This document shows positions 7,934 through 10,711 of a DNA stretch of 10,711 nucleotides, piece by piece. The position numbers and the translations under genes were made by a program. The stretch lies in IMG/VR virus record IMGVR_UViG_2778261215_000003, one strand, 5' to 3'. The notes beneath the pieces were generated by a model. The model saw only the letters and a list, made by a program, of their open reading frames with translations. It searched no databases and was not told the DNA's origin. This DNA is from a virus (lineage: Duplodnaviria; Heunggongvirae; Uroviricota; Caudoviricetes). Numbering within the stretch: the stretch's first letter is position 1; each line of letters opens with the position of its first letter.

Positions 7934-7979
7934 AACAAAAAACCCATCAACCTTGAACCGAAATGGCGGGGTTGATGGG
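7934..7979 (-). terminator. Putative rho-independent terminator, oriented for minus-strand transcripts (downstream of ybjL)
   Basis: 10-bp perfect stem CCCATCAACC (7943-7952) / GGTTGATGGG (7970-7979) with a 17-nt loop that can pair internally (CCG/CGG). On the minus strand the hairpin is followed by TTTTTTGTT (complement of 7934-7942). No U-run follows it on the + strand. Confidence 0.45.
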
Positions 7980-8091
7980 CTCCACAAAATGGGGACATCA
8001 AAGAAAAGCAGTGGCACTAATTAAGACTGATGCCCTGCGGAAAAGTTCTGCGGTTGTGCAAAAAAATTTCATTTTCAGGGCAACTTCAGTT

Positions 8092-9777
8092 TTATCCTAA
8101 TCCTGGCCATACCATGACGATGATTGTCCCTGCCAGCGTCAGCAGGACGTTGGCGATTGCGTAGGTGCCCGCGTAGCCCAGCGCAGGGATGTTACTGCGA
8201 GCTGTATCACTGATGATCTCCATTGCCGGCGCGCAGGTGCGTGCGCCCATCATTGCGCCGAACAACAGTGCGCGGTTCATTCGCAATACATAAGCACCGA
8301 ACAAGAAACAGATAACCACGGGCACAAGACTGACAATTAATCCGGCAATCAACATCTGACCGCCAATCGCGCCCAGGCCGTTATTAATACCGCTACCGGC
8401 GCTCAGACCAACGCCTGCCATAAACACCATCAAGCCGAACTCTTTCACCATGCTTAATGCACCTTGCGGAATGTAACCGAAGGTCGGGTGGTTAGCACGC
8501 ATAAAGCCCAGCATAATTCCGGCGAATAACAACCCGGCAGCGTTCCCCATGCCGAAACTGAATGTGCTGAACTGGAAGGTGATCATCCCGATCATCAGCC
8601 CAATAACAAAGAAGGCGCAAAATGCCAGCAGGTCAGTGACCTGGCTGTGAATCGAGATAAAGCCGATGCGATCGGCGATGGTTTTTACGCGACGGGCATC
8701 ACCGCTGACTTGTAAAACGTCACCTTTGTTAAGCACGACGTTGTCATCTATCGGCATCTCAATCTGGCTACGAATGACGCGGTTAAGGAAGCAACCGTGA
8801 TCGGTCAACTTCAGTTGTGCGAGACGTTTACCTACAGCGTTATGGTTTTTAACGACCACTTCTTCAGTGACGATACGCATGTCGAGAAGGTCACGATCGA
8901 AAACTTCTTTACCGTTACGGAAGCTGGGATCGAGTCGGGCATGGGCGTCGGGATAGCCTACCAACGCTATTTCATCGCCCATTTGTAGCACGGCATCACC
9001 GTCTGGATTTGCCAGAATCCCGTTACGTCGAATACGTTCAATGTAGCAGCCGGTTTGTCGATAAATACCCAGTTCACGCAGATTTTTGCCGTCGGTCCAG
9101 GCCACCAGCTCCGGGCCGACGCGATAGGCGCGGATCACCGGTAAATAAACCTTACGGTTGGCATCAGTGTCCAGGCCACGTTCGCGGGCGATTTGCTGGG
9201 CGCTGGTCTGTAAGTCCTGATGCTGCAATTTCGGCAAGTAACGCGCACCAACAATCAAACTCACCAGACCGATTAAATAGGTTAAGGCATACCCGAGGCT
9301 CAGATTATCCAGTGCCAGTGAGAGCTGCCTGCTTTCCATGCCGGAATGACGCAGTGTATCGCCAGCACCGACCAGAACCGGTGTCGACGTCATAGAGCCT
9401 GCTAACATACCGGCCGTCAGGCCAATATCCCAGCCAAACAGCTTACCTAACCCTAAGGCGATCACCAGCGCACTGCCAACCATCACCAGTGCTAACATTA
9501 GGTAATTTTTCCCATCGCGAAAAAAAATGGAAAAAAAGTTCGGTCCGGCTTCGACCCCGACGCAGAAAATAAACAGCATAAAGCCAAGATTAAGCGCATC
9601 GGTGTTAATGCTGAAATGTTGTTGGCCTAATAACAGCGATACGACTAAAACGCCAATGGAATTACCCAGTTGGATCGAACCAAGTCGTAACTTTCCGAGA
9701 CATAGCCCAAGCGCGAGGACCACAAATAATAACAGAATGTAATTCCCATTTAACAATTCGGCGACGTTTATATTCAC
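8092..9777 (-). CDS. ybjL: Putative transporter, YidE/YbjL (AspT-type duplicated) family
   Basis: 561-aa ORF, hydrophobic N- and C-terminal halves around a soluble central region; sequence and length match E. coli YbjL by recall. GTG start (complement of 9775-9777), TAA stop (complement of 8092-8094). Confidence 0.9.
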
Positions 9778-10046
9778 GGAGGCTAACTTCTTGTTTACTA
9801 GTAAGCTGTTGAAAGAAATGGTAATTTACGATAATGTTTTTTACCAGAATTCAGGGCGCAGATTCATTCAGCGCACCTAAACGATAGTAAAGTAACAATA
9901 TATTTTACTAGTGTAATCACATTAGGTATCAACGGCTATATGAATTGCGTTGGCCTATATTAGCATGGAATGCGAAGCGGCTTTATCTTACTGAACGCCA
10001 CACTGGCGAAAAATGTGTTCGATAGACGCAGTGTCAGGAGGAACGA

Positions 10047-10424
10047 GTGAAACATAAACAACGTTGGGCGGGGGCAATCTGCTGTTTTGTCCTCTTCATT
10101 GTGGTGTGCCTTTTTCTGGCGACGCACATGAAAGGCGCTTTTCGGGCTGCCGGGCATCCTGAAATCGGCTTGCTATTTTTCATTCTTCCTGGAGCAGTCG
10201 CCAGCTTCTTTTCACAGCGTAGAGAAGTCCTGAAACCTCTGTTTGGCGCAATGCTGGCGGCACCCTGTTCGATGCTCATTATGCGGCTGTTTTTTTCACC
10301 GACGCGCTCATTCTGGCAAGAGCTGGCATGGTTACTAAGCGCGGTGTTCTGGTGTGCGCTGGGGGCACTGTGTTTCTTATTTATCAGTAGTTTGTTTAAA
10401 CCACAGCACAGAAAAAATCAGTAA
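10047..10424 (+). CDS. ybjM: Small inner-membrane protein YbjM
   Basis: 125-aa hydrophobic ORF with a GTG start preceded by AGGAGG (10037-10042); sequence and its position between ybjL and grxA match the K-12 layout by recall. Confidence 0.85.
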   Translation: MKHKQRWAGAICCFVLFIVVCLFLATHMKGAFRAAGHPEIGLLFFILPGAVASFFSQRREVLKPLFGAMLAAPCSMLIMRLFFSPTRSFWQELAWLLSAVFWCALGALCFLFISSLFKPQHRKNQ

Positions 10425-10444
10425 AGCCCTCAACGCGAGGGCTT
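10412..10444 (-). terminator. Putative terminator hairpin between convergent ybjM and grxA
   Basis: 8-bp stem AAGCCCTC (10424-10431) / GAGGGCTT (10437-10444) with loop AACGC. On the minus strand it is followed after 6 nt by a T6 run (complement of 10412-10417). It overlaps the ybjM stop codon. Confidence 0.4.
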
Positions 10445-10453
10445 GTCAGACGA

Positions 10454-10711
10454 TCAGGCGTCCAGATTTTCTTTCACCCATGCAGCAAAATCGGTATAGC
10501 CGCCGATATGTTGCTGATCGACAAAAATCTGCGGCACGGTTTCTACGGGTTTACCTGCCTTTTGTTGTAGATCTTCTTTAGTGATCCCTTCCGCACGAAT
10601 ATCTACATACTGATACTGAAAATCATCGCGTTCATTGCTCAATTTCTCAGCCAGATCTTTTGCACGCACACAGTAAGGGCAACCCGAACGACCAAAAATA
10701 ACGGTTTGCAT
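10454..10711 (-). CDS. grxA: Glutaredoxin 1
   Basis: 85-aa ORF MQTVIFGRSGCPYCVRAK with the CPYC active site; matches E. coli GrxA in sequence and length by recall. Start ATG is the complement of 10709-10711 at the window edge; stop TGA is the complement of 10454-10456. Confidence 0.93.
   Translation of the reverse strand: MQTVIFGRSGCPYCVRAKDLAEKLSNERDDFQYQYVDIRAEGITKEDLQQKAGKPVETVPQIFVDQQHIGGYTDFAAWVKENLDA

Noticed and set aside
9517-9540. A8 and A7 homopolymer runs (T-runs on the coding strand) inside ybjL
   Set aside because: They encode the Phe-rich segment FFSIFF of an intact full-length ORF; no frameshift is evident, so there is no sign of phase variation.
8797-9742. Three + strand ORFs (63-128 aa) within ybjL
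   Set aside because: Antisense to an intact, recognisable host transporter gene; no ribosome-binding sites.
10034-10279. 81-aa minus-strand ORF overlapping ybjM
   Set aside because: Antisense to ybjM, which has a strong ribosome-binding site and a conserved membrane-protein sequence.
1-10711. Looked for CRISPR arrays, tRNA genes, IS elements, integrase and toxin-antitoxin pairs
   Set aside because: No regularly spaced direct repeats, no tRNA-like cloverleaf candidates, no transposase-like or integrase-like ORF, and no small adjacent gene pairs outside the annotated genes were seen.

Overview
This window holds the right (late, tail-module) arm of a P2-like temperate prophage followed by Escherichia coli core chromosome. 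The phage part (about 1-7930, + strand) runs: Hin/Gin/Pin-family serine DNA invertase, tail sheath FI, tail tube FII, tail chaperone E with its -1 frameshift extension E', tape measure T (1025 aa), tail proteins U and D, and the Ogr zinc-finger late activator. The genes are intact, tightly packed and joined by overlapping stop/start codons. The host part (about 7930-10711) carries ybjL (- strand), ybjM (+ strand) and a complete grxA (- strand), matching the K-12 ybjL-ybjM-grxA neighbourhood as I recall it. No integrase, tRNA, CRISPR array or IS element is visible. I do not see an unexplained gene system here: every long ORF is accounted for by the well-known P2 tail module or by core genes. 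The points most worth a second look are the invertase sitting next to the tail genes (implying a switchable tail fibre just upstream of the window), the prophage-host junction after ogr, the E/E' slippery site, a five-copy degenerate repeat in the tape measure, and a candidate Ogr-type late promoter. All homology statements are from reading the translations and recalling family hallmarks; no database search was run.
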